Source: an uncultured Acidobacteriaceae bacterium
Lineage (GTDB): Bacteria > Acidobacteriota > Terriglobia > Terriglobales > Acidobacteriaceae
Assembly: GCA_963796615.1 (NCBI GenBank)
Contig: CAWCMJ010000019.1
Location: 194,486 to 258,485, forward strand
DNA: 64,000 bases
Reading direction: 5' to 3'
Part shown: piece after piece, positions 34,890 through 45,433 of the stretch
Layout of the letters: the number at the start of each line of letters is the position of its first letter
Numbering within the stretch: position 1 is the stretch's first letter
Program-made: the position numbers and the translations under genes
The notes under the pieces: generated by a model
The model's input: only the letters and a program-made list of their open reading frames with translations
Database searches by the model: none
Told to the model about the DNA's origin: nothing

Positions 34890-37329
34890 ATGCCCCGCTT
34901 CTGCGACGTGGCCGTGCCTGTCCCGCTCGACGCCGCGTTTACCTATTCCCTTCCCGATGACCTGCCCGAGCCGTGCGTCGGTGGGCGAGTGATTGTACCG
35001 TTCCGCGAGAAGAGGCTGTCCGGCATCGTCACCGAAGTGCACGATCGCGAGCCCAGCTTCAAGGCCAAGCCGGTGCAGCAGGTGCTCGACGCGACGCCCG
35101 CCCTCACGGCGGAGTTGATGCAACTGGGCCGCTGGATTGCCAGTTACTACATCGCGCCTCTCGGCGAGGTGCTGCGCACCATGCTGCCGCTCTCGGCGGA
35201 GTTTCGCCGCGCCACCGGGTATCGCATCACCGACAAGGGGCTGGAGGCGTTGCACGCGGCTTCGAGCGTCGGCTCGTCGCGGCGCGCCAAGGTGGAACCG
35301 GAACAACAGATGCGCGAGTATGCCGTACTCAACCGGCTGGCCGACGGTGAAGTGATGCGCGAGGCTTCGTTACGCGCCGCAGGCGGCGCATCTCGCGAGG
35401 TTCTTCTGGGGCTGTTGCGCAAGAAATGGATCGCACGAGAAGACTTGAGCGCGGTGCGCGACGCGAGTAGGAACATCCAGATTGCGACGCTAACGGCGAC
35501 TGAAGGCAAACTCAACGCCAACCAGCAGATGATTGTCGATTACTTGCAGGGGCAGACGGACCGGCGTGCGCATGTCTCGGCGATTCGCGAGCTGACGGTG
35601 CCACGATCGACGCTGCAAACGCTGGTGCGGCGCGGCATCGTCGAGATCAGCGAAGAACCCGCGAGTTTTCGCATGTCGGGGATGAAGCCGCGCAAGCTGG
35701 AGTTTCTCTTCAACCCGGCGCAAAAAGCGGCGCTGCAGCAGATCGGCGAGGCGGTGGACGCCGGCAAGTTCCTGCCCATGCTGCTGCACGGCGTCACCGG
35801 TTCGGGCAAGACTGCGGTGTACTTGTCGGCCATGCAAGCGATGCTATCCAAAGGGCGGTCGGCGATTTTGCTGGTGCCTGAGATCGGGCTGACACCGGCC
35901 ATGGCCGCCGACCTGCACCAGGTTTTTGGCGACGAGGTCGCGATCCTGCACTCCGGGCTGACCGACGACGAGCGGGCCGAGCAGTGGAAGCGCATCCGCA
36001 ACGGCGAGTGCCACATTGTGGTAGGGACTCGGTCGGCGGTATTTGCGCCCGTGGCCGACCTGGCGCTGATCGTGGTGGATGAGGAGCACGACCACTCCTA
36101 CAAGCAGGACGAAACGCCCCGCTACCACGCCCGCGACGTGGCCGTCATGCGCGCCAAGATGGCCAACGCTGTGGTGGTGCTGGGTTCGGCCACGCCATCG
36201 CTGGAGACCTATTACAACGCGCAACAGGGCAAGTACCGGCTGTTGGAGCTAGCCGAACGCATCGAGCAGCGCCCGCTGCCCGAGGTCGAGATCATCGACA
36301 TGCGGGCCGAGTTCCAGCGACGCCAAGAAGGGCGAGGTGCTTTCGCGCAAGCTGGTGGACGAGATCGGCGAGCGGCTGGAGCGCAACGAGCAGGTGATGG
36401 TGCTGCTGAACCGGCGCGGCTACTCGGCATTTGTACTCTGCCGCGAATGTGGTGAGACGGTGCAGTGCAAGAACTGCGCCATCTCCATGACGTACCACAA
36501 GCGCGAGCACGGCCTGGTTTGCCATTATTGCGGCTTCAGGCGTCCCGCGCCCAAGACCTGCCCAAAGTGCGGCAGCGAATACGTGCAATACCTCGGCACC
36601 GGCTCGGAGAAGCTGGAGCAGCTGCTGCACGGGATGTTTCCGCAGGCGCGCATCGGGCGGCTTGACCGCGATACCGTGCGCGGACGCGATGACCTGGAGC
36701 GAATGCTGATCGGCGCTGCAGGCCGGCGAGATTGATCTGCTGGTGGGCACGCAGATGATCGCCAAGGGACACGACATTCCCAACGTCACGCTGGTGGGCG
36801 TGGTGGGCTCGGACGCGGCCCTGGGCTTTGCCGACTTTCGCGCCGCCGAGCGCACGTTCCAGTTGCTGACGCAGGTCGCGGGGCGCGCGGGACGCGGCGA
36901 GACGCCGGGCAGGGTGGTGCTGCAGACTTTTTTCCCCGAGCACTACGCCATCCAATACGCGGCGGCGCATGACTACCAGCGGCTTTTATGAAAAAGAGGT
37001 GCGCTTCCGCAGTTGGATGCACTACCCGCCGTTCAATGCCGTGAGCAATGTACTGGTGCGCAGCCCCAAGCTCGACGAGGCGCTGACGTGGTCGGGCATC
37101 CTGGGCAAATGGTTTGCAGCCACTCGGCTCGGAGGGCGTGCGCGTGATGGGTCCGGCGGCCGCGCCGATTGTGCGCCTGAAGACCGAGTACCGCTATCAC
37201 TTCCTGCTGAAGTCGGCCAGCCGCGAGCGCATGAACAACGCCTTGCGCGCCATGATCGAGCACGCGGTGGAGCAGAAGATTCCGCGCACGAACCTGGTGG
37301 TGGATGTGGATGCGCTGTCGCTGACGTAG
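34890..37329 (+). pseudogene. priA: Primosomal protein N' (PriA helicase), about four apparent frameshifts in the 3' third
   Basis: Intact through LLHGVTGSGKT and DEEHD. Conserved segments then continue in different frames: LNRRGYSAFVLCRECG..CKNC (36337 frame), [31 protein letters not shown] (36743 frame), [17 protein letters not shown] (36969 frame), and VRVMGPAAAPIVRLKTEYRYHFLLK (37114 frame). Confidence 0.85.
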
Positions 37330-37431
37330 TTATCGGACGACAAACTTCCACAGAATGACTGCAACAACCGCGGCAATTCCGATCGCATAACCAATCATCC
37401 GAGCTTTACCGACTTGTTCCTGCTCCTGCAT
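37330..37431 (-). CDS. Possible 33-aa single-TM micro-protein
   Basis: ATG..TAA ORF, MQEQEQVGKARMIGYAIGIAAVVAVILWKFVVR. Not in the ORF track because it is shorter than 60 aa. No SD evaluated. Confidence 0.2.
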   Translation of the reverse strand: MQEQEQVGKARMIGYAIGIAAVVAVILWKFVVR

Positions 37432-37545
37432 GAGTGGCCTCATTCTGGCGAACAATTGTGCCTCACACGAAGGCGCAACAAGAATAGATTACGATTCCTT
37501 CGGGCAAGTCTTAGCAGCGTCTACCCGGAGCCTTCGGCCAGGCCT

Positions 37546-38007
37546 TCAGCGCCTTGCGAGTTGCACGATTTGTCCCAGGTGGTAGGCGTTGTGATCGATG
37601 GCCAGCAGCGCCTCGCGCATCAGGGTTTGCCCCTGGCTGCGCGGCAGCGGATCCAGCAGCGGACGCGAGCGGTCGAGTACAAGGCCGCGCATCTCTTCAA
37701 TCAAATCTACGATGGACTCCACGCACTGGTCCCAGGCTTCGTCTTGCGGCGGAGTGGGCACCGGGGGCCAGTAGCCGCTCGGCCACGGCGGTGACTTGTG
37801 ACGCGCGTCTTTGGTGAACTCCACGATGTCCCAAAGCGCGACGCGCAGGTGCTCGATCAATTCCCACGCCGAGTGGGAAAAGCCGGGTGGCCGCTCCCCG
37901 CGCAGGTCATCGGGAAAGTCGTCCACGGCAGTGCGAAAGTCGCTGTGCGCCTCGCCCCAGTCCAGCGCTTTGGCCAGTTGCTGACGGGTTTGCTGTTCGT
38001 GCGTCAT
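37546..38007 (-). CDS. DinB-family (DinB_2) four-helix-bundle protein
   Basis: SAWELIEHLRVALWDI and LLAIDHNAYHLGQIVQL are typical DinB His-triad segments. Confidence 0.75.
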   Translation of the reverse strand: MTHEQQTRQQLAKALDWGEAHSDFRTAVDDFPDDLRGERPPGFSHSAWELIEHLRVALWDIVEFTKDARHKSPPWPSGYWPPVPTPPQDEAWDQCVESIVDLIEEMRGLVLDRSRPLLDPLPRSQGQTLMREALLAIDHNAYHLGQIVQLARR

Positions 38008-38236
38008 GCACCCTCCTGAGCACGACGGTAGCTATCGTAGCAGGTTTGCTTTCGACACCGAGCGCACTGCCCAAGCCGAAGTTCCAAGCGATTTCCATTC
38101 TGGTGCAAGATTTTGCAATTCATAACCACCGGTCATATACAAGTGATTTATTTTCTTTGGTAGCTTTGGAGCTCAACGTGCTCTTAGACTGCGCAGGTGG
38201 GGTTTCCCAATCTTTCTTTTCAGGAGGAATCGCAAA

Positions 38237-38933
38237 ATGAAGAAGGTATGGTTAATTCTGTCAGTCGGTCTGATGGCGATGATGCTGTCGGCGAGCGCCT
38301 TCGCGGGTGCCAGTTCAGCAATCTTTGCATTCACCCCGGGCCTAGGGACTCCCGGTACCCTGATGCTTGACTCAACCTCAGTAACTGCAAATTTCACCGG
38401 GTGGTATGACGATACCGGGTCCCATGGCGCTGGCAATCCGAACTACATTGCTGGCGTCTGCGGCAGTAGCGACGCCTGCAATGGCGGTGACGAGAATCAG
38501 CACAATTTCTTTGTGTTTGCTATCCCGTCGGGTACGTATAGCAGCGCCGTACTGTGGATCTACAACCCGGGCGTCGGCGTCGGCAACCCGAGGACGGCTT
38601 CATCTGTGCCTGTGGCAGCCTGACCTAACGAATTGGGATGTTAACGACCGAATCGCGACCTGGAATTCGATAACAGCGGCCAGCTGCGGCATTACGAAGT
38701 GACTGAGCTCGGGGATTGGGTACGGTTCCGTCGTGGTCACCGCAGCGAGCGACGGCACCTACGTAAATATGACACTGAACGGGGCAGCCCTGGCGGCCAT
38801 TAATGCCGCGGCGGGCGGCGAGTTCGCCATCGGCGGAGCGGTCAACTCTCCGGTTCCAGAGCCGGGCACGCTGGCCTTGCTGGGCAGCGCCGCACTGGCG
38901 GGCGCGGGCTTCCTGCGCCGCAAGTTGAGCTAG
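38237..38933 (+). pseudogene. PEP-CTERM sorting-domain protein, frame interrupted (about two shifts near 38590-38700)
   Basis: Signal peptide MKKVWLILSVGLMAMMLSASAFA in one frame. The C-terminal VPEPGTLALLGSAALAGAGFLRRKLS anchor is in another frame (38733..38933). Confidence 0.7.
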
Positions 38934-39146
38934 TTGCAAATTCGCGTTCCGTGGCCATCGGCTGATGACCAGCAATCCCATCCCGCAACGGGATGGGATT
39001 CTTGCTGATGGGAGCAAACCGCAAACTCGCAAAGTTTGTTGCCAGGGCGCAGCCAACCCTCTTACATGCGAGTAAAATAGTTACATCCGCGAGGATGGCG
39101 AAGCCCGGTTGGTCTGGCTTCGAAGCCATGCGGGTATTGAATTCTC

Positions 39147-41179
39147 ATGCCTCAAATAGGTAGTTTCACGCTTCTGTTGGCCCTGGCACTGGCGGCCTAT
39201 TCCTTAGTCGCCGGAGCGCTGGCGCTATATCGCAAAGACGACCGGTTGACCGAGACCGCACGCCGCGCCGGCATCGCCTGCTGGGCCGCGGTAACGGTGG
39301 CGTCGAGTGGCGCTGGTGATGGCCGCTTTCGGCAACGACTTCTCGGTAGCCTACATCATGCATCACAGCAACCGCGACCTGCCGATGGCCTACAAGTTCG
39401 CGGCGCTGTGGTCCGGGCAGGAAGGCTCGCTGCTGCTGTGGGCGTGGCTGCTTTCGACCTACGGACTGGTGATGCGGCTGCGCTACAAGGTCGATCCGCA
39501 GCTCACGGCGTATGCGTCGGCGATTGTCGCGGCAGTGCAGGTGTTCTTCCTGCTGCTGGTGAATTTCGCGGCGCACCCGTTCGGGCTGGTGAAGGGCATG
39601 ATCCCGGCCGACGGCAACGGACTGAATCCGCTGCTGCAATATCCCGAGATGGTGATCCATCCGCCGATGCTGTATCTCGGCTACGTCGGCGTGACCGCGC
39701 CGTTCGCGTTTGCGCTGGGCGCGCTGATCATGAAGTATCCCGGCGAAAAGTGGATCCACATCACCCGCCGCTGGACCATGGTGGCGTGGCTGTTCCTGAC
39801 TTGCGGCATTTTTCTGGGCGCGCACTGGGCCTACGCAGTACTGGGCTGGGGCGGCTACTGGGGATGGGACCCGGTGGAGAACGCTTCCATCCTGCCGTGG
39901 CTGACGATGACTGCGTTTCTGCATTCGGTCATGATGCAGGAAAAGCGCGGCATGATGAAGATGTGGAACATGTGGCTGATCTTCATCACGTTTCTGCTGG
40001 CCATCTTCGGAACGTTCCTGACGCGCAGCGGCGTGGTCAGCTCGGTGCACGCGTTCGCGCAGTCGGGCATCGGGATCTGGTTCGTGTGGTTCCTGGCCAT
40101 CGCGTTCGCGACCTGCGTCTTCTTCTTCGTGCGCAATCGCGATACGCTGAAGAGCGAGCATCGGCTGGATTCGCTGATCTCGCGCGAGTCGAGCTTCCTG
40201 TTCAACAACCTGGTGCTGCTGGTGGCCTGCTTCGCGGTGCTGTGGGGCACGCTGTTCCCGGTGCTGTCGGAGTGGGTGACGGGCAGCAAGGTCACGGTGG
40301 GGCCGCCGTTCTTCAACCGTGTGAATGTGCCCATCGGACTGTTTCTGGTGTTCCTGACCGGCGTGGGCCCGCTGCTGGCGTGGCGGCAGACCTCGTGGGA
40401 CAGCCTGCGGCGCAATTTCCTGTGGCCGACCATTATGGGAGTGGTAACAGCCATCGCGCTGATCGTCGGCGGGATGCGGCCATGGCAGGACAGCGGTTAC
40501 TTCTATTCGCTGATGGCAATTTCGCTGGCGGCGCTGGTGACGGCGACGATAGTTGGCGAGTTCTGGCGCGGAGGAAGGGTCATCGCGCGGCAGCAACACA
40601 CCAACGTTCTCTCCGGCATGGTGCAGATCACGCGCCGCAACACCCGTCGCTACGGCGGATACCTGGTGCACTTCGGCGTGGTCCTGATCGTCATTGGCTT
40701 CGCCGGCCTGCCGTTCAACATGGATAAAGAGCAGGAGATGGGCTTCGGCGACAAGATGCAGATCGGCGGCTTCACGCTGGTGTGCCAGTCGTATACCCAG
40801 GACGACAAGCCGAACTACGGCAGCGAGTGGGCCGTCTCGACGTGTACAGGAATGGCAAGAAGATCGACACCATGTATCCCGAGCGGCGCTTTTACAAGGC
40901 CAGCGAGCAGACATCAACCATCGTGGCCAACCGCTCGCGGCCGAACGAAGACCTGTACCTGGTGTACACCGGAAAGAATCCCGACACCGGCAAGCCGATT
41001 ATCAAGGCGCACGTGAATCCGCTGGTGATGTGGATCTGGATTGGCGTGGTGGTGGTGGGATTCGGGACAGTATTGCGTTGGTTCCGAGCACGAAGCCGGC
41101 GAAGTACGCGGTCTCGGCGAAAGAGCGCGAGGCGGCGGAGGCGGCAAAGCAAGGCGCGGTGGAAGTGGGCGGAGATTGA
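39147..41179 (+). pseudogene. ccmF: Cytochrome c-type biogenesis heme lyase CcmF/NrfE family, about three apparent frameshifts (near 39300, 40830, 41075)
   Basis: ALWSGQEGSLLLW and the WGGYWGWDPVENAS (WWD) motif in the 39307 frame. The N-terminus (MPQIGSFTLLLALALAAYSL) and the C-terminal parts (LDVYRNGKKIDTMYPERRFY; ..IALVPSTKPAKY) lie in other frames. Confidence 0.85.
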
Positions 41180-41204
41180 GGAGTGAGTACAGTCGGGAGA
41201 GTTC

Positions 41205-41393
41205 TTGAAGGTACGTGATCTCATCAAACAGATCGAGGAGGACGGTTGGCAGCAGTCGGCGCAACGCGGGAGCCATCGCCGATACAAGCACCCGGCGAAG
41301 ACAGGAAAAGTAACGATCGCAGGAGCGCCCTCCGATGACGTGCATCCAAAGACGCTTTCCAGCATTTTGCGACAGGCAGGGCTTATGAAATGA
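41205..41393 (+). CDS. hicA: HicA-family mRNA interferase toxin
   Basis: KVRDLIKQIEEDGWQQSAQRGSHRRYKHPAKTGKVTIAG..DDVHPKTLSSILRQAGL. TTG start after GGGAGA. Confidence 0.85.
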   Translation: MKVRDLIKQIEEDGWQQSAQRGSHRRYKHPAKTGKVTIAGAPSDDVHPKTLSSILRQAGLMK

Positions 41394-41689
41394 CGACGGC
41401 CAGGAAAAAGTATCTCGCGGTTTTTGAAGTTGGCAGTAACAACCTGAGCGGTTTTCTACCAGACGTTCCGGGCGTGGTGTCGACTGCACCCAGCTTGGAA
41501 GCAATGCGCCGAACCATGCGGGAGGCCGTGGAGTTTCACCTCGAAGCGCTCGCCGCTGATGGCGACACTATTCCCCAACCGCGGACCACCAGCGTGGACT
41601 TTGCCCAGGAGGACCCGGAACATGGGGTGTTGTCGTGCATCGTCGAATGGCTTGAGATTGAGGTCCCACAAATGCAAAGTGTCGCTTAA
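41390..41689 (+). CDS. hicB: HicB-family antitoxin
   Basis: YLAVFEVGSNNLSGFLPDVPGVVSTAPSLEAMRRTMREAVEFHLE is the HicB N-terminal fold signature. ATGA overlap with hicA. Confidence 0.8.
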   Translation: MTTARKKYLAVFEVGSNNLSGFLPDVPGVVSTAPSLEAMRRTMREAVEFHLEALAADGDTIPQPRTTSVDFAQEDPEHGVLSCIVEWLEIEVPQMQSVA

Positions 41690-41752
41690 GTGAACGGACC
41701 GAGCGGAAAGCGGGGACCTTCGATTTCGCTCCGGGCAGTCGCTGTGCATTAG

Positions 41753-42275
41753 GTGCTGCGTAAGAAATATAGATCAGGAAATAACTTGAAACTCGAAACT
41801 CGAAACTCGAAACTCTCGCGTCGCAGGACAACTCCTGCTCATCGCGGTACTCGCCATCGGCTTCATGGGCGCCGACACGGATGCCCGCTTCAACAAGCTG
41901 GGCCACCAGCTGATGTGCATGTGCGGCTGCAACCAGATGCTGCTGGAGTGCAACCACGTGGGCTGCGCCTACTCCGACCGCATGCGCAACGAACTGACGG
42001 CGGCGCTGGAGCGCGGCGACAGCGATTCGCTCGTCCTGCAGAGCTTCGTGCAGAAGTACGGCAACACCGTGCTGGCGGCGCCGACTAACAGCGGCTTCAA
42101 CATCGTGGCCTGGATCATGCCGTTCGCGGTGTTCGCGCTGGCCACTGCGCTGGCGGTGTGGCTGGTGCGATTGTGGAAGTCGCGCCCGGTGGCGCAACCC
42201 GTGGCGAGCCCGAATTTGGCCGCCGGAGAATTGGACGCCCTGCGCAAGAAAGCGCGGGAGGAGACGGAATTTTGA
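41753..42275 (+). CDS. ccmH: Cytochrome c-type biogenesis protein CcmH/NrfF; the 5' end is out of frame with the body in this sequence
   Basis: Body frame: ..VAGQLLLIAVLAIGFMGADTDARFNKLGHQLMCMCGCNQMLLEC..VAWIMPFAVFALATALAVWLV. There is no ATG/GTG/TTG in that frame before M at 41865, which would lack the signal peptide. The candidate starts GTG 41753 and TTG 41786 (after AGGAA) are in the +1 shifted frame. Confidence 0.65.
41788..41815 (+). repeat. Perfect heptanucleotide tandem repeat (GAAACTC)x4
   Basis: Read directly: GAAACTC GAAACTC GAAACTC GAAACTC, beginning at the third base of the candidate TTG start of ccmH. Confidence 0.95.
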
Positions 42276-42619
42276 TGCACTTTTTTCTATTTGCCGCAGA
42301 GGCGGCCAGCGAGACGCCGTTCATTCTGTTTGGCTGCGCGCTGTTTGCCGCGGCCCTGTTCGTCTATGTGTTCTACGAGCCCGGCGACATCGACGCGGGC
42401 GAGGCCAAGACCCGCTACGGCTACCTTCAGGAGCGCAAGGACGCGACCTACGAAAATCTCCGCGACCTGAACTTCGAGTACAAGGCCGGCAAGCTGAGCG
42501 AGGAAGATTACGCCCTGCAGCGCGCCGCGCTGGAAGACGAGGCGGCGGCGATACTCGCCGAGATGGAGAGCATCGAGAAGGCGCGTGGCACGGCGATCGC
42601 CAAGGGGGGCCGCGCGTGA
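42275..42619 (+). CDS. Small membrane-anchored protein of the ccm cluster (CcmI-like N-terminal region?)
   Basis: The ATG overlaps the ccmH stop (TGATG). One TM helix (FILFGCALFAAALFVYVFY) followed by a charged helix (KLSEEDYALQRAALEDEAAAILAEME). Confidence 0.55.
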   Translation: MHFFLFAAEAASETPFILFGCALFAAALFVYVFYEPGDIDAGEAKTRYGYLQERKDATYENLRDLNFEYKAGKLSEEDYALQRAALEDEAAAILAEMESIEKARGTAIAKGGRA

Positions 42620-44043
42620 AAACCCGAGTTCGCTTTTGATTGCTCTGCTGCTCGTGGCGGCCAGCTTTGCCTCCGCCCAGAACATTACCGGCACGGTCAC
42701 CAACGGCACCACCGGCAAGCCGGCGGGCGGCGACGAAGTCACGTTGCTGTCGCTGTCACAGGGCATGCAGGAGGTCGGCTCGACCAAAACCGACGCGCAA
42801 GGCAAGTTCAGCTGCAGGCTCCCGCCGAAGCCAACGTTCCCCACATGGTCCGCGTCACCCACGGCGGCGTGAGCTACTTTCCCCAGCGGCGGCCCGCTCA
42901 TGCCCGGCAAAACCACCTCGGAAGTCACCGTGTATGACACCGCCAAGCAGGTGGACGGCCTCTCGCAGACGGTCGAGGTGGACCGCTTCCAGTCCGACGG
43001 CACGCAGTTGCAGGTGATCGCACTTTTCGCGCTGCAAAACCAGTCGAAGCCACCGCGCACCGTGGCCGACGAGCACACCTTTACGTTCGTGCTGCCCGAG
43101 GGTGCAACCATCGACTCCGGCCTCGCGCGCGGGCCCGGGTGGACAGCCCATCAATGACCAGCCGACAGCGTCGGGCGCCAAGAGCCAATATGCCTTCAGC
43201 TTCCCGCTGAAACCCGGCGAGACCCAGTTCCAGCTTTCCTACCACATGCCCTACAGCGGCAAGGCGAGCTTTTCGCCCAAGCCACTGGCCGACGTGCAGC
43301 ACTTCGTCGTCATGACGCCGCAAGGGCATGACGTTCACCGCCAAGGACCCGAAGCGTTTCCAGTCCATGCCCGACAACTCGGGCGCGGGCATTATGGTCG
43401 CGACCAACACCAAACCCGGCGAAGACCTGAGCTTCACCATTTCGGGTACCGGACAATTCCAGCCTGAGGGCCAGCAAGCGAAGCCGGTGGCCAAGCCGGC
43501 GGAGGTGACGCCATGGGAGGCGGTCAAGCTGCCGGCCGTGACAATCGTCCCGGAGGCGGGCTCGGCGCACCGATCGATTCCAACGATCCACTGTATGACT
43601 ATCGCGCCGTGATTCTGGGCATGTTCGCGCTGGTACTGGTGATGGGCGGCTTCTACGTCATCGGGAAGTCGAACAGCGCCGCCCCAGCTTTGGCAACCGC
43701 GGGCGCGGCGGTCCCCGCGCCGGCCAACGATGCGCCGGTTCCCACCGACCGCAGCAGCAAGCTACTCGACGCGATGAAGGACGAGCTGTTCCACCTGGAA
43801 CTCGACCGCCAGCAGGGCAAGATAAGCGCGGAAGAATACGCCAAGGCCAAGGCCGCGCTCGACGAAACCATCAAGCGCGCGCTGGCGAGGAAAGAGCTAG
43901 CTAGCCCTCTCGGAAGAAGCGCTGTCTCGTCGGTCCGAGCGCGTTGCCCCTCGATCCAACGTAGCGAAGTTTCCCGGACTGCCACGCCAGGCGTAGAATC
44001 GGCTGTTGCGGCCCGGCGCGATGGGTCGTCTGTAATATTTTAG
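42585..44043 (+). pseudogene. Carboxypeptidase-regulatory-like domain protein with a C-terminal TM segment, about 5-6 apparent frameshifts
   Basis: Signal peptide plus NITGTVTNGTTGKPAGGDEVTLLSLSQGMQEVGSTKTDAQGKFS. The sequence then continues sensibly through frames 42900..43157, 43102..43467, 43328..43612 and 43513..44043 (..VILGMFALVLVMGGFYVIG..ISAEEYAKAKAALDE). Confidence 0.6.
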
Positions 44044-44069
44044 CTGCATCTCCATCGAGGTTCTGATCC

Positions 44070-44513
44070 ATGGCACTCATGCAAAAGGGCGTAGCGCTGG
44101 CGGCCAGCCGCATGCCTAAAAAGATCTCCCCGCGCGTTCACTCGGCGCTGGACTACGCGGTGGCAGGTTCGTTTTTGCTCGCGGGCGCGCTGTTCTGGAA
44201 GCGCAACCGCCGCGCCGCCGTGGGCTCCATCCTCTGCGGAGGCGCAACCGCCGCGGTCAGCCTGCTCACCGATTACTCCGGCCGGAACGGCAAGCCAATT
44301 TCGTATGCCATGCATGGCCAGATCGACACCGGACTGATCGCCATGACCGCTGCCATGCCTAGGCTAATGAACATCGAAGACCAGCCGCAGGCTAGGTTTT
44401 TCTCTGGCCAGGCCATGGCCAAGACGGCCATCACGGCCATGACCAACTTCGATAGCTCGCGACGCAACAAGTCGCGCCCAAACGATGACGAGGACCGCCA
44501 ACTCGGCATCTAG
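44070..44513 (+). CDS. Hypothetical membrane protein (147 aa)
   Basis: Several hydrophobic helices (LDYAVAGSFLLAGALFW; GSILCGGATAAVSLL). Clean ORF. Confidence 0.5.
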   Translation: MALMQKGVALAASRMPKKISPRVHSALDYAVAGSFLLAGALFWKRNRRAAVGSILCGGATAAVSLLTDYSGRNGKPISYAMHGQIDTGLIAMTAAMPRLMNIEDQPQARFFSGQAMAKTAITAMTNFDSSRRNKSRPNDDEDRQLGI

Positions 44514-44572
44514 GCCCCTCGATTGCCGCGACCCTGCGCCGCTGGCTGCATCTAGATAGGCAAGGTTGATTT

Positions 44573-45433
44573 ATGGGAAATACGTTTAAGACTGCGTTGT
44601 TGCTGACCGCAATGACGCTTTTCCTTCTGTTCATCGGCCAGACATTCGGCGGCGAGCGCGGCATGGTGTTGGCGTTGGTCTTCGCCGTCATCCTGAACTT
44701 CACGTCGTACTTCTTCAGCGACAAGATCGCCCTGGCGGCCTACCGCGCCCAGCCGGTCACGCGCGAGCAGTTGCCTCGCGCTTACGAGATCGTCGAGCGC
44801 CTGACCCAGAAGATTGGCATCCCGATGCCGAAGATGTATGTCATCCCCTCCGACTCGCCCAACGCTTTTGCCACCGGACGCAACCCCGAGCATGCCTCGG
44901 TCGCGATGACCGAGGGCATCCTGAACCTGCTGAACGACGAAGAGATGGAAGGCGTGCTGGCGCATGAGTTGGGTCACGTCCGCAACCGCGACATCCTCAT
45001 CAGCTCGGTCGCTGCCACGCTGGCCGGCGCGATCACCATGATCGCCCGTATGGGCTACTGGGCTTCGCTGTTTGGCGGCGGGGGCGGTCGCGACGACCGT
45101 GACCGCGGCGGCGGGTTTGTGGCGCTCCTGATGCTGATCCTGGCGCCCATCGCCGCGACGTTGATTCAGCTCGCTGTCTCCCGCTCGCGGGAGTACGAAG
45201 CCGATGCCAGCGGCGCCCGCTACACCGGCAATCCCTACGCCTTGGCCAGTGCGCTACGAAAACTCGACGCCTACTCCAAGCGTGTCCCGATGACGGCAAC
45301 GCCCTCCACGGCCCACTTGTTTATCGTGGCGCCGCTGCTCGGCGTAAACTTCTCCAACCTCTTCTCCACCCATCCGCCGATGGACAAACGGATTGAACGG
45401 CTGACCGGACGCCCTGCCGACTTGCAACCCTGA
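44573..45433 (+). CDS. htpX: Zinc metalloprotease HtpX (peptidase M48)
   Basis: N-terminal TM helices, NAFATGRNP, and the HELGH zinc motif ([13 protein letters not shown]). Typical length of 286 aa. Confidence 0.95.
   Translation: MGNTFKTALLLTAMTLFLLFIGQTFGGERGMVLALVFAVILNFTSYFFSDKIALAAYRAQPVTREQLPRAYEIVERLTQKIGIPMPKMYVIPSDSPNAFATGRNPEHASVAMTEGILNLLNDEEMEGVLAHELGHVRNRDILISSVAATLAGAITMIARMGYWASLFGGGGGRDDRDRGGGFVALLMLILAPIAATLIQLAVSRSREYEADASGARYTGNPYALASALRKLDAYSKRVPMTATPSTAHLFIVAPLLGVNFSNLFSTHPPMDKRIERLTGRPADLQP

Noticed and set aside
33789-35306. 505-aa minus-strand ORF spanning coaBC/udg/priA
   Set aside because: It crosses three independently recognisable plus-strand genes. Shadow ORF.
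39166-40917. 583-aa minus-strand ORF
   Set aside because: Antisense to ccmF, whose WWD and other motifs are unambiguous on the plus strand. Arg/His/Gln/Pro-rich nonsense composition.
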